A stretch of DNA of 64,000 bases from an uncultured Candidatus Saccharibacteria bacterium (GTDB lineage Bacteria; Patescibacteriota; Minisyncoccia; Phycocordibacterales; Zambryskibacteraceae), in contig CAYHLZ010000001.1 in NCBI GenBank assembly GCA_964357635.1, positions 133,166 to 197,165 on the forward strand, read 5' to 3'. Positions 9,811 through 19,785 of the stretch are shown in pieces; the first letter of the stretch is position 1; each line of letters starts with the position of its first letter. Below the pieces are notes generated by a model. It searched no databases. It was not told where the DNA came from and saw only the letters and a program-made list of their open reading frames with translations. Position numbers and translations under genes: made by a program.

Positions 9811-10744
9811 CCAAAATACTATAACCGAAGGTCCAGAAATACGACTTTTCATAATTTTACTCTGCGCCCTTTTACTTTTGTTTGTGGCATCTTTCATCTT
9901 TGATATTGGTAAACGAGATGCTTCAACTTCTTCTGGAGTGGCCTCCAAGGCGTTTCCGGAAGTTAATATAAGTGCTCGCGCCGCCTATGTTTACGACATT
10001 CGCAAAGAAATTGTTTTGTATGCAAAAAATGAAGACACCCGTCTCTCACTTGCTTCCTTAACCAAGGTTATGACGGCTCTTGTGGCAGAAGACTTAAACC
10101 CGCTCCACAGTACCGTCACAATAAATACTGAGGCGCTCCGTGCAGAAGGGGATAGTGGTTTGTACAAAGATGAGAAGTGGTCGCTCAAAGACATTTTGGA
10201 CTTCTCCTTAATCTCTTCTTCCAATGACGGCATGCGGGCCGTGGCTCTCGCTCTCGGCGCAATCTCAAGGTCCAATGCCACCACGGAGGAGATTATCACC
10301 GACTTCGTAAGAGAGATGAACATGAAAGCAAGTGAGCTTGGTCTCAAAAATACTTATTTCTGGAACGAGACTGGACTTGATGAGTCAGATGTTAAGGGCG
10401 GTGCTTATGGGACGGCAAAAGACATGAGCATGCTTTTTGAATACATTCTTAAAAATAAGCCAGAACTCATAGAGGCGACCAAGGAATCCGTAGAATCATT
10501 CTCTTCTTTGGATCGTCGCACGCACACCGCCAAGAACACCAACATTATTACAAGCAAAATCCCTGGACTCTTGGCTTCAAAAACTGGTTCCACTGACACG
10601 GCTGGAGGGAACTTGATAATTATCTTTGACCCAGAACTTGGCAGGCCGATTATCGTTTCTGTTCTTGGTTCAACCGAAGAAGGCAGGTTTAAGGATGTTG
10701 AGATTCTAGTCAACGCGACAATGAAGTATATAGAAAACAACTAA
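9803..10744 (+). CDS. D-alanyl-D-alanine carboxypeptidase (S11)
   Basis: SxxK (ASLTK), SxN (SSND) and KTG motifs; N-terminal TM. Confidence 0.9.
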   Translation: MDDQNTITEGPEIRLFIILLCALLLLFVASFIFDIGKRDASTSSGVASKAFPEVNISARAAYVYDIRKEIVLYAKNEDTRLSLASLTKVMTALVAEDLNPLHSTVTINTEALRAEGDSGLYKDEKWSLKDILDFSLISSSNDGMRAVALALGAISRSNATTEEIITDFVREMNMKASELGLKNTYFWNETGLDESDVKGGAYGTAKDMSMLFEYILKNKPELIEATKESVESFSSLDRRTHTAKNTNIITSKIPGLLASKTGSTDTAGGNLIIIFDPELGRPIIVSVLGSTEEGRFKDVEILVNATMKYIENN

Positions 10745-10748
10745 GATT

Positions 10749-12575
10749 ATGTGTGGCATCGCCGGAATAATTGGACACTCTCAAAAAAACTCTATAAAAG
10801 AGATGGTTTCTGCAATCGAGCACCGTGGACCAGACGATGATGGTTATTTTTCTGACAACCTTGTTTCTTTGGGCATGAGACGACTCTCCATCATTGACCT
10901 TGTCGGAGGGAAACAGCCCATAACCTCAAGTGACGGTCGGTTTCAAATCTTTTTTAATGGAGAAATATACAATTTCAAAAACCTTCGTTACGAGCTCTTG
11001 GATAAGGGAGAAATATTTAAAACCTCAAGTGATACAGAAGTAGTCTTAAGATTGTTTGAAACCTACGGCACAAGCATGCTCACGCGCCTGCGCGGCATGT
11101 TCGCCCTCGCCATTTATGACAAGAAATATGGCAAAGTTACTCTAGCCAGAGACTTCTTCGGCATTAAACCACTCTATTATTTAAAAAAAGGAGAGAGCGT
11201 CACCGCTTTTTCTTCAGAGATTAAAAGCTTTTTGACGTTTCAAGATTTTACTAGAGAGATAAATGATGCTGCGGTTTTCAATTATCTTTCGTACCAATAC
11301 AACCCACTGGCGGAAACTTTTTTCAAAGGAGTTTTCAAGTTACCACCGGCGCACTTTATGGAAATAGATGTCAAAACAGGAAAATTTGAAATAAAGAAGT
11401 ACTGGCAGTTTAAATTTAGGCAAAAGAATTCTCTTTCCGAGGAAAAGACTCGCCACAAAATTTTGGAAACCATGGACGACTCTGTCACTCATCATATGGT
11501 CGCTGATGTAGCGGTCGGCGCCTTCCTTTCTGGAGGCATAGACTCAAGCATCATTGTCGCCCTGATGCAGAAAATTCGTGGCAAGGACAGGGTAAAGACC
11601 TTTAACATGAGTTTCGGGTCTTTGTCAGAAGCAGACGAGGCAAGGGAAACTGCCGAACTACTCAAAACAGAACACCACGAGATTATTGTGGGTAGAGAAG
11701 AATACTTCAAACACTTGTCAAAAGCTGTCTGGCACTTCGACGAACCGGTGGCTGACCCTTCTGCTATCGGACTATATTTTCTAGCGCGGGAAGCCAGTAA
11801 ACATGTCAAAGTAGTGCTCTCTGGGGAAGGCGCTGACGAACTCTTCGGTGGCTACAATATTTACCTAGAACCTTTTGCCAGAAGGAAAATCCTTGGTCTG
11901 CCGAAAGCCTTGTTAAATTTCTTTATAAAACTTCCTTTTGAATTTAAGGGTAAAAACTTTGCTCGCCGGGGAAGCCTTAAACTTGAAGACTGGTACATCG
12001 GCAATGCCTCCATCTTTAAGAGGGCAGAGGTGGCAAAACTTTGGACTGGAAGTCCACAAAAGCCGTTTTTACTTCACGGTTTATATAACGAGGTTAAAGA
12101 TTTGAGCGACTCTACCAAAATGCAGTACATTGATATCAACACTTGGCTTGTCGGAGATATCCTCGCCAAAGCCGACAAAATGAGTATGGCACACTCGCTT
12201 GAACTGCGAGTACCATTTCTTGATATAGAAGTTTCTCGTCTAGCAGAAGTGCTGCCTGACCGCTTCAAGTGGAGTGGGGGTACTACTAAACACCTTTTGC
12301 GCCAAGCTTTCAAAAAAGTGTTACCGGAAGCTGTCCGTAAAAGAAAAAAGCTTGGATTCCCAACGCCCATTAAAGACTGGATAGCAAAAGAAAAAGAAAG
12401 CATTACCACCACCATAGTCAGCAACCCGTACATAAAAACTCATTTAAATCTTCGGTATGTTAGGCAACTCATTGACGAGCACGTTTCAAAAAAGAGTGAT
12501 AACGCAAGAAAGATTTACCTCCTCCTTATGCTTGCAATCTGGTACAATACTTTTATTGAAAAAAGAGCACTCTAA
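10749..12575 (+). CDS. asnB: Asparagine synthase-family glutamine amidotransferase
   Basis: MCGIAG, HRGPD, RRLSIIDL, FNGEIYN, LSGGIDSS, SGEGADELFGGY. Confidence 0.95.
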   Translation: MCGIAGIIGHSQKNSIKEMVSAIEHRGPDDDGYFSDNLVSLGMRRLSIIDLVGGKQPITSSDGRFQIFFNGEIYNFKNLRYELLDKGEIFKTSSDTEVVLRLFETYGTSMLTRLRGMFALAIYDKKYGKVTLARDFFGIKPLYYLKKGESVTAFSSEIKSFLTFQDFTREINDAAVFNYLSYQYNPLAETFFKGVFKLPPAHFMEIDVKTGKFEIKKYWQFKFRQKNSLSEEKTRHKILETMDDSVTHHMVADVAVGAFLSGGIDSSIIVALMQKIRGKDRVKTFNMSFGSLSEADEARETAELLKTEHHEIIVGREEYFKHLSKAVWHFDEPVADPSAIGLYFLAREASKHVKVVLSGEGADELFGGYNIYLEPFARRKILGLPKALLNFFIKLPFEFKGKNFARRGSLKLEDWYIGNASIFKRAEVAKLWTGSPQKPFLLHGLYNEVKDLSDSTKMQYIDINTWLVGDILAKADKMSMAHSLELRVPFLDIEVSRLAEVLPDRFKWSGGTTKHLLRQAFKKVLPEAVRKRKKLGFPTPIKDWIAKEKESITTTIVSNPYIKTHLNLRYVRQLIDEHVSKKSDNARKIYLLLMLAIWYNTFIEKRAL

Positions 12576-13621
12576 TGGATATTATTAAAATCATTTTTCC
12601 GACCATTTTAAGTTTCTTCATCGGTCTTTCCATTACCCCTTTCTTCTCCCGATACTTCTACCAGTACAGAATGTGGAAAAAAATGCCGAGAATAGATCCA
12701 GAATTCTCAAAAACTTTTAGCGAGCTCCACGACACCGATACAGAAGTAAAGACTCCTCGTGTCGGCGGCATCATCATTTGGGCAGCGGTTCTCTTTACTG
12801 TCTGTGTTATTTATCTACTCTCTGTATTTTTCCCATCTGAATTAACTTTTGAACTTAATTTTTTCTCAAGAAGTCAGACCCTGGTACCACTGGGTGCATT
12901 CTTTTTCGCGGCGTTTATCGGACTTGCCGACGACATGCTTCAGATTACTGGTATGGGTGCCTATGCTGAAAATGACCTGCTTTATCGCAAGCTAAAAATT
13001 GTGATTGTGGGCCTAATCGGCGTTGTTATCAGCCTCTGGTTCTACTTTAAACTGGACTTTAACTCTGTTCACATCCCTTTTTCGGGCGACCTCAACCTTG
13101 GATTATGGTTTATCCCGTTTTTCATCTTTGTGATGCTTGCCACTTTCTCTACCTCGATCATTGACGGTCTAGATGGCCTTTCTGGCGGGGTGCTTGCTTC
13201 TGCCTTTAGCGCCTTTGCCTTTATCGCTTATACCAACAGTCAGTTTGATATCTCTGCTCTTTGCGGAGCTATTGCCGGCGCCATCCTTGCATTCTTGTGG
13301 TTCAACATTCCACCCGCGCGGTTCTACATGGGGGAGACGGGGATTCTTGCACTCACGGTAGTACTCTCTGTTGTTGCCTTTCTTACAAACTCGGTTCTTC
13401 TTTTACCCATTATCGCTTTTCCTTTGGTTATGACCTCTCTCTCGGTAGTGATACAACTTGTTTCTTTCCATTTATTTAATGGGAAGAGAGTCTTTAGAGT
13501 GGCTCCGCTTCACCACCACTTCCAAGCGCTAGGCTGGTCAAGAGAAAAAGTGGTGATGCGTTACTGGATCGTCTCCGTTATTTCGGCTTTTACTGGCGTT
13601 ATCCTCGCGCTCTTAAGCTAA
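12575..13621 (+). CDS. mraY: Phospho-N-acetylmuramoyl-pentapeptide transferase
   Basis: TPRVGG, DD motif, DGLDGL, FYMGETG, APLHHHF. Confidence 0.93.
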   Translation: MDIIKIIFPTILSFFIGLSITPFFSRYFYQYRMWKKMPRIDPEFSKTFSELHDTDTEVKTPRVGGIIIWAAVLFTVCVIYLLSVFFPSELTFELNFFSRSQTLVPLGAFFFAAFIGLADDMLQITGMGAYAENDLLYRKLKIVIVGLIGVVISLWFYFKLDFNSVHIPFSGDLNLGLWFIPFFIFVMLATFSTSIIDGLDGLSGGVLASAFSAFAFIAYTNSQFDISALCGAIAGAILAFLWFNIPPARFYMGETGILALTVVLSVVAFLTNSVLLLPIIAFPLVMTSLSVVIQLVSFHLFNGKRVFRVAPLHHHFQALGWSREKVVMRYWIVSVISAFTGVILALLS

Positions 13622-13628
13622 TTAATTT

Positions 13629-14153
13629 ATGCCAAAAAAAGTTCCACAAGTAATATTTAAAACCAGAGTCCGAGACGAGAAGTTAAAAGGGGACAACCCT
13701 TACCGCTGGCAAGATGTCTCCACCGATGAAATCTTTAAGGGAAAGTCGGTGGTAGTCTTTGCTTTACCCGGCGCGTTTACTCCAACATGTTCCTCCACAC
13801 ACCTGCCCGGGTTTGAAGCGAAGTATGACGAAATAAAAGCTCTCGGAGTTGACGAAGTTTATTGTCTCTCGGTCAATGATGCGTTTGTTATGAATCAGTG
13901 GGCAAAGCATCAGAACGTGAAGAAAGTAAAAATGTTGCCAGACGGCTCAACTCAGTTCAGCAAAGGCATGGGAATGTTGGTAAAGAAAGATGACCTCGGT
14001 TTCGGAGAGAGGTCTTGGAGGTACAGTATGTATGTAGTAGATGGTGAGATAAAAAAGATTTTTTCTGAACCTGGGTTTATGGACAACTGCCCAGATGACC
14101 CATTTGTCACCTCCGATGCCGACACGATGATTAAGTATCTAAAAAGTTTATAA
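13629..14153 (+). CDS. Peroxiredoxin (Prx5/redoxin type)
   Basis: LPGAFTPTCSSTHLPG, SVNDAFVM, RSWRYSM. Confidence 0.93.
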   Translation: MPKKVPQVIFKTRVRDEKLKGDNPYRWQDVSTDEIFKGKSVVVFALPGAFTPTCSSTHLPGFEAKYDEIKALGVDEVYCLSVNDAFVMNQWAKHQNVKKVKMLPDGSTQFSKGMGMLVKKDDLGFGERSWRYSMYVVDGEIKKIFSEPGFMDNCPDDPFVTSDADTMIKYLKSL

Positions 14154-14159
14154 ATAAAA

Positions 14160-14552
14160 ATGGATAGGTATGCATCAAGAGTTTTGAGAATAGGCACTGC
14201 TTTAGTCTTTATCTGGTTTGGCTTTGAACAACTGACCAATGTTAATGAGTGGACAGGCTGGCTTCCGAGTTACACCTCTGGTTTTCCGATAAGTGCTACC
14301 ACCCTTGTCTATATAAACGGTGCTTTTGAGACCATTTTCGGACTTCTTCTCTTGGTTGGGCTCTATACAAAGCTTTCTGCCTCCTTACTTGCGCTACACA
14401 TGGCACACATTATCTCTGTGGTCGGCTACGGAGAAATAGGGGTACGAGACTTCGCCATCTTTGTTGCCGTACTATCGGTGGCGCTTAGTTCCTCTCACGA
14501 CTTTAGCCTAGACACATTCTTTTCCCGAAGGAAAACAGAACAAGTTCAATAA
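14160..14552 (+). CDS. DoxX family membrane protein
   Basis: LRIGTALVFIWFG, E..GLLLLVG, GVRDFAI. Confidence 0.8.
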   Translation: MDRYASRVLRIGTALVFIWFGFEQLTNVNEWTGWLPSYTSGFPISATTLVYINGAFETIFGLLLLVGLYTKLSASLLALHMAHIISVVGYGEIGVRDFAIFVAVLSVALSSSHDFSLDTFFSRRKTEQVQ

Positions 14553-14585
14553 GTAAGCACATTTTTAGTGTTATAATCGGCAATT

Positions 14586-15689
14586 ATGACGACTAGCCGA
14601 TTGAGAGTTGATAAACCTTTTTTAATCATCTCCATCATCCTCATGACTGTGGGGTTCTTTATCTTCAACTCGGCATCCTTAGCCCTCTTGGCCAAGGAGA
14701 ATTCAAACTACGGAGACATTGCCTTCTCCCAAATGGTCTTCGGACTTTTCTTCGGCACTATTGCGATGATAGTGGTAGCGCGCAAAGATTTCAAAATCTG
14801 GAAGAAACTAGCTTTCTACCTCCTGATAATTGCAATTATTCTAAACATCTTGGTTTTGGTGCCAAGCATCGGCTTTGAACATAACGGTGCTAGACGTTGG
14901 ATTAGACTTCTGGGCATTTCCTTCCAAACTTCAGAAGTGATGAAGCTTGCCTTCATCCTCTACTTCGCTGCGTGGGCAGGCTCTATCAAAGATAGGATAA
15001 AAACTTTCCGTTGGGGATTCCTGCCACTCCTTATTCTCTTTGGTATCTCTGCCTTCCTCTTACTCCAACAGCCCGACACAGACAACTTTCTTTTAATTGT
15101 TATCGCTGGTATGAGTATGTTTGTCGCAGCGGGAGGACAGTGGCGGCATATTTTCTTCATTATCTTCACGGGCATTATCGGTCTTACGATGCTTTACTTT
15201 ACTCAAGGCTATATCAAGGCGCGTATTGATACTTTTTTAAATCCGCAAGCGGATGCTCAAGGAGCAAGTTTTCAAGTCCAACAATCTCTTATCGCCATCG
15301 GCTCTGGTGGTCTCTTTGGTAAAGGCTTCGGACAAAGTGTTCAGAAATTTACTTATCTACCCGAGCCGGTAGGGGACTCTGTCTTTGCGGTGGCGGCGGA
15401 AGAGTTCGGATTTGTTGGTTCGGTTTTTCTGATAGTAGTATTTATCCTCTTTGCTGCCAGAGGTTTAAAAATCGCCGGAGAAACAGAAAACTCTTTCGCT
15501 AGACTGACCGTTGTGGGAATTGTTATAATGATTGTATGCCAAGCATTCGTCAACATTGGCGCGATGCTCGGAGTAATTCCACTCTCAGGCATCACTCTAC
15601 CGTTTGTCTCTCACGGCGGTACCTCACTTTTCATCACTTTAGTTGAAGTGGGTATTGTACTCTCTATTTCTAGGTCTCGAGGATCATAG
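14586..15689 (+). CDS. ftsW: SEDS peptidoglycan polymerase FtsW
   Basis: GARRWI, FQTSEVMK, QPD, AIGSGG..GKG, GITLPFVSHGGTS; upstream of murG. Confidence 0.92.
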   Translation: MTTSRLRVDKPFLIISIILMTVGFFIFNSASLALLAKENSNYGDIAFSQMVFGLFFGTIAMIVVARKDFKIWKKLAFYLLIIAIILNILVLVPSIGFEHNGARRWIRLLGISFQTSEVMKLAFILYFAAWAGSIKDRIKTFRWGFLPLLILFGISAFLLLQQPDTDNFLLIVIAGMSMFVAAGGQWRHIFFIIFTGIIGLTMLYFTQGYIKARIDTFLNPQADAQGASFQVQQSLIAIGSGGLFGKGFGQSVQKFTYLPEPVGDSVFAVAAEEFGFVGSVFLIVVFILFAARGLKIAGETENSFARLTVVGIVIMIVCQAFVNIGAMLGVIPLSGITLPFVSHGGTSLFITLVEVGIVLSISRSRGS

Positions 15690-15715
15690 TTCCATAAGCT
15701 CACTATAAATAAAAA

Positions 15716-16849
15716 ATGCGCATTTTATTCACCGGTGGTGGCTCTGGAGGGCATTTCTACCCGATAATCTCCATTGCCGAAGAGCTGAACAACTTAACCA
15801 AGGAGAAAAAACTCTTGGAACTTGAGCTTTTCTACATGTCTCCCACTCCTTATAACCCGGGAGTTCTCTTTGAAAACGGTATAATTTATAAGAAAAATAC
15901 TGCGGGTAAGCTTCGCCGTTATTTCTCTATCCTAAACTTCTTTGACCTGTTTAAGACAGGGTGGGGGACACTTACTTCCCTCATCACGGTTTATAGGCTC
16001 TATCCTGACGTGGTTTTCGGTAAGGGTGGGTATGCAAGTTTCCCAGTCTTACTGGCAGCAAAGCTCTTGCGTATCCCTGTGGTGATACATGAGTCGGACA
16101 CAGTGCCTGGTAGGGTAAATAAGTGGGCAGGGAAGTTCGCTAGCCGAGTGGCTGTTTCTTATAAAGAAGCGGCCCAACATTTCCCAGAAGGCAAAGCGGT
16201 TTACACCAGCCAGCCGATACGCAAAGAAATTTCTAAAACAATAACAGATGGTGCCAGAGAGTTCCTGAAAATTGAAGAAAATGTGCCAGTGGTTCTGGTG
16301 CTCGGTGGTTCACTCGGCGCCGAGAAAATTAATGACACAGTCCTTGAAGGTCTCAAGAATTTGGTGGAGAAATACGCCATCATCCACCAGACAGGTAAAA
16401 ACAATATCGTAGAAGCTCGGGCCACCTCCGAGGCAGTCCTCTTTGACTCGCCTCATAAAAACAGATACAAAGCCTTTGACTACCTAAACACTCTGGCACT
16501 ACGCATGGCAGCTGGAGTCGCCTCGGTGGTAGTCTCTCGAGCGGGCTCAACCATCTTTGAGATTGCCGCGTGGGGGATACCCTCAATCATCATCCCGATA
16601 AAAGATTCAAACGGTGACCACCAGAAACAAAACGCCTTTGCCTACGCCCGAGCCGGAGCCTGCTCTGTTATAGAAGAAGGAAACTTGCGACCAAACATCT
16701 TGGCATCAGAAATTGAGCGACTAGTCACAAACCAAGCCGAACGAGAGAAGATGAAGGCAGCGACGGAAAGTTTTTATAAACCCAATGCTTCGCGCCTTGT
16801 GGCAGAAGAAATATTAAAGATTGCCCTCGGGCACGAGTTAGAAAAATGA
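15716..16849 (+). CDS. murG: Lipid I N-acetylglucosaminyltransferase
   Basis: TGGGSGGH, GKGGYAS, IHESD, GGSLGA, SRAGS, HQKQNA. Confidence 0.95.
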   Translation: MRILFTGGGSGGHFYPIISIAEELNNLTKEKKLLELELFYMSPTPYNPGVLFENGIIYKKNTAGKLRRYFSILNFFDLFKTGWGTLTSLITVYRLYPDVVFGKGGYASFPVLLAAKLLRIPVVIHESDTVPGRVNKWAGKFASRVAVSYKEAAQHFPEGKAVYTSQPIRKEISKTITDGAREFLKIEENVPVVLVLGGSLGAEKINDTVLEGLKNLVEKYAIIHQTGKNNIVEARATSEAVLFDSPHKNRYKAFDYLNTLALRMAAGVASVVVSRAGSTIFEIAAWGIPSIIIPIKDSNGDHQKQNAFAYARAGACSVIEEGNLRPNILASEIERLVTNQAEREKMKAATESFYKPNASRLVAEEILKIALGHELEK

Positions 16850-18027
16850 CTCAAAAAGTTATCACCCGCTTTCCACCTTCGCCGACTGGGCCCCTACACA
16901 TCGGCAATGTAAGAACAGCTCTATTTAACTACCTTTTCGCCAAACACAACGGCGGAAAATTTATCTTGCGCATAGAAGATACAGACAAGGCAAGGTCAAA
17001 AGAAGAGTTTGAAAAAGGAATGTTAGAAGGCTTGGAGTGGCTTGGACTCAAGTGGGACAATAAACCCGAGCGACAGTCCGAGAGAACAGGAGTGTATAAA
17101 AAATATTTAGAAAAACTAATTAAAGAAGACAAAGTGTATGTCTCTCTAGAGACAGAAGGGGAGAACAAAGAAGTTATTCGCTTTAGAAATCCAAACAAAA
17201 CAGTTTCATTTGAGGACCTTGTCAGAGGCGAAGTTAAGTTTGACACCAAAGAACTCGGAGACTTTATCATTGCAAAAAATATAAATGAGCCACTTTACCA
17301 CCTAGCCGTCGTCATAGACGACTTTGAAGCGTGGGTTACGCATGTTATCCGCGGAGAAGACCATGTTTCAAACACGCCAAGGCAGATTCTTATCCAAGAG
17401 GCCATAGGTGCTCCTCGACCCGTTTATGCACACTTACCTCTCATCCTCGCCTCTGACAGGTCAAAACTTTCCAAGCGTAAACATGGAGAATCGGTTTCCC
17501 TAGACTACTACCGTAAGAAAGGTTATCTCCCGCAGGCCATCCTCAACTACCTTTCTCTATTGGGTTGGAACCCTGGGACGGATAAAGAAATCTTTACCTT
17601 AGAGGAACTCATAAAAGATTTTGATGTTGAAAAAATTCAGAAAGGTGGAGCCATCTTTGACGAGAAAAAACTGGACTGGGTCAATAAGGAACACGTGAAG
17701 CTCCTCTCGCCAGAAGAGCGCATTAAACTTGTTGCCAAAGACTTTGACGCACAAACCAAGCCAAAACTTGTGAAAGAAAAAATTTCTTGGAAAAAAATTT
17801 CTTCAGAAGAAACAAAAAAACATTTAGAGAAAGCGAAAGAAATTTTGAAAAAAGATGGCGACCTTATGTCTTATGCGAGCGAGATGGGGAAGGGGAATGT
17901 CCTCTGGCCTCTGCGCTACGCCCTGTCAGGACAGGAAGTCTCTCCTGACCCGTTTACTCTCATATCTATCCTCGGCAAGGAGGAGTCAATAAAGAGAATA
18001 GATGAGTGCCTCAAACTTCTAGAGTGA
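16846..18027 (+). CDS. gltX: Glutamyl-tRNA synthetase, compact (393 aa)
   Basis: RFPPSPTGPLHIG, RIEDTD, HVIRGEDH, KLSKR. Confidence 0.95.
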   Translation: MTQKVITRFPPSPTGPLHIGNVRTALFNYLFAKHNGGKFILRIEDTDKARSKEEFEKGMLEGLEWLGLKWDNKPERQSERTGVYKKYLEKLIKEDKVYVSLETEGENKEVIRFRNPNKTVSFEDLVRGEVKFDTKELGDFIIAKNINEPLYHLAVVIDDFEAWVTHVIRGEDHVSNTPRQILIQEAIGAPRPVYAHLPLILASDRSKLSKRKHGESVSLDYYRKKGYLPQAILNYLSLLGWNPGTDKEIFTLEELIKDFDVEKIQKGGAIFDEKKLDWVNKEHVKLLSPEERIKLVAKDFDAQTKPKLVKEKISWKKISSEETKKHLEKAKEILKKDGDLMSYASEMGKGNVLWPLRYALSGQEVSPDPFTLISILGKEESIKRIDECLKLLE

Positions 18028-18028
18028 T

Positions 18029-19351
18029 ATGAAGAATAAATTACTAATAACTCTCACCCTACTTTTTACCCTTACTGCATTTAACCAAGCCCTCGCTCTC
18101 ACTCCGACTGAATTAGAGCAACAAATTGAACAGGTTAAAAATGAGCGAGAAGACCTTGTCGCAGAGCAAAAGAAGCTTCAGGCGGAACTTGATGCCGTAA
18201 ACAAAGAAAGCCAGACCTTGGGCAGTGCGGTAAAGTCACTTGATGCCACCAAGAAAAAACTTGCTGCGGATATTCGTGTGACACAGTCAAAAATAAATTC
18301 TACCAGTCTCACCATTAAATCCTTGGAAAACACGATGGGGGAGAAGGAACAGCAGATTGTCGTACACCAAAAGGCGATTGCTCTTGCACTCCAAACTCTC
18401 TCCGAATACGATTCTCGCTCTCTGGTCCTAGACTTCCTTTCATCCGCCAACTTCTCTGATGTCTGGAGAGACAGAAGCCAGCTTGAAGGACTTAATGAAA
18501 GTCTTGAGAGCGAGATAAATAATTTGCGCGAGACAAAAAAAGTTTTAAATCAAGAAAAGAAACAGAAAGAGAGGGTAAAAGAAGAGCAGGTAAGTTTACA
18601 GGGACAGTTGAGCGGACAGAAGTCTGTGGTGGAGGAGAGTCAGAAAGCAAAAGAGAGACTACTTGCCGAAACTAAAAATAAAGAAGCAGATTACCAGAAA
18701 AAATTGGCAGAAAATCTTGCCAGACAAAAACAATTTGAAGAGGATCTCTTGCGCCTTGAAATGGAGCTTAAGATTACTCTAGACCCGTCTCTTATCCCAG
18801 ATACACGCCACGGCATTCTTTCTTGGCCTCTTGGCGACGTTTTCGTAACGCAGACTTTCGGTGAGACCGAGTTCTCTCGTAGTGGCGCTTATAGCGGTAA
18901 AGGACACAACGGCATAGATCTGCGTGCTTCCATGGGCACGCCAGTAAAAGCGGCGCTTGCAGGAGTTATAGAGGGCGCAGGCAACACTGATGAAATGAAT
19001 GCGCAATACAGAAGGGCAGGGAAACCCGCTTGTGTCTCGTATGGTCGCTGGGTACTCATAAAGCATGGAAACGGACTTTCTACCGTCTACGCCCACCTCT
19101 CTGCCTCTCTCGTCAAAGTAGGACAAACTGTTCGAACAGGGGAGACAATCGGCTACTCTGGGGGTGCTTATGGGGTCAACGGTTCCGGTTACTCCTTCGG
19201 TCCGCATCTCCACTTCGGGCTTATGGCATCGCAAGGTGTGGAAGTTCGCCAACTTACCAACAGCAAGGGCGGTTGCAGACTCATCTACATGCCCGTAGCC
19301 CTCGGTCTCAATGCCTATCTTGACCCGCTTGATTATCTTCCGTCTCTCTAA
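18029..19351 (+). CDS. Coiled-coil plus M23 peptidase domain protein
   Basis: Signal peptide, long coiled coil, HNGID, YAHL and GPHLHF (intact Zn ligands). Confidence 0.9.
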   Translation: MKNKLLITLTLLFTLTAFNQALALTPTELEQQIEQVKNEREDLVAEQKKLQAELDAVNKESQTLGSAVKSLDATKKKLAADIRVTQSKINSTSLTIKSLENTMGEKEQQIVVHQKAIALALQTLSEYDSRSLVLDFLSSANFSDVWRDRSQLEGLNESLESEINNLRETKKVLNQEKKQKERVKEEQVSLQGQLSGQKSVVEESQKAKERLLAETKNKEADYQKKLAENLARQKQFEEDLLRLEMELKITLDPSLIPDTRHGILSWPLGDVFVTQTFGETEFSRSGAYSGKGHNGIDLRASMGTPVKAALAGVIEGAGNTDEMNAQYRRAGKPACVSYGRWVLIKHGNGLSTVYAHLSASLVKVGQTVRTGETIGYSGGAYGVNGSGYSFGPHLHFGLMASQGVEVRQLTNSKGGCRLIYMPVALGLNAYLDPLDYLPSL

Positions 19352-19404
19352 TAGACCCCGCCCCGTTTGATATTAAATAAGAGGCGGGGTAGACTTATAA
19401 GTAT

Positions 19405-19632
19405 ATGAAAAAGCAAGGTGGATTCATCTCTTGGCTTATCCTTATCATCGTCGGTTTGGCGCTTCTTAAGTATTTCTTCAATTGGTCTATCTTTGACGCC
19501 GCTTCGTCTGAAAAAGGTCAAGCTACGATAAGTTATCTAAGGGATATTCTTAACCTTACATGGAAGTATATTGGCACCCCTGTCATGTGGCTCTGGGATA
19601 GGGTAGTGGAGCTCTTGCCTGCCCGATCGTAA
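19405..19632 (+). CDS. Small membrane protein
   Basis: 75 aa; MKKQGGF followed by a TM helix (weak pilin-leader-like start). Confidence 0.7.
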   Translation: MKKQGGFISWLILIIVGLALLKYFFNWSIFDAASSEKGQATISYLRDILNLTWKYIGTPVMWLWDRVVELLPARS

Positions 19633-19641
19633 TAAAAAATT

Positions 19642-19752
19642 ATGAAGCCCTTAAAAGTAATTGGTTTTTTTCTATTGGCGCCGATTTATATTCCGCTATA
19701 TTTTATTATGAACTTCACCTTTAAGTGGTGGTCAGGTCTGTTAGACGATTAG
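19642..19752 (+). CDS. Putative 36-aa membrane peptide
   Basis: Translated by hand: MKPLKVIGFFLLAPIYIPLYFIMNFTFKWWSGLLDD; starts 9 nt after the previous stop. Confidence 0.5.
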   Translation: MKPLKVIGFFLLAPIYIPLYFIMNFTFKWWSGLLDD

Positions 19753-19785
19753 TTAGTATGCCCCTAGGGGGCCTAAACCCCTCTA

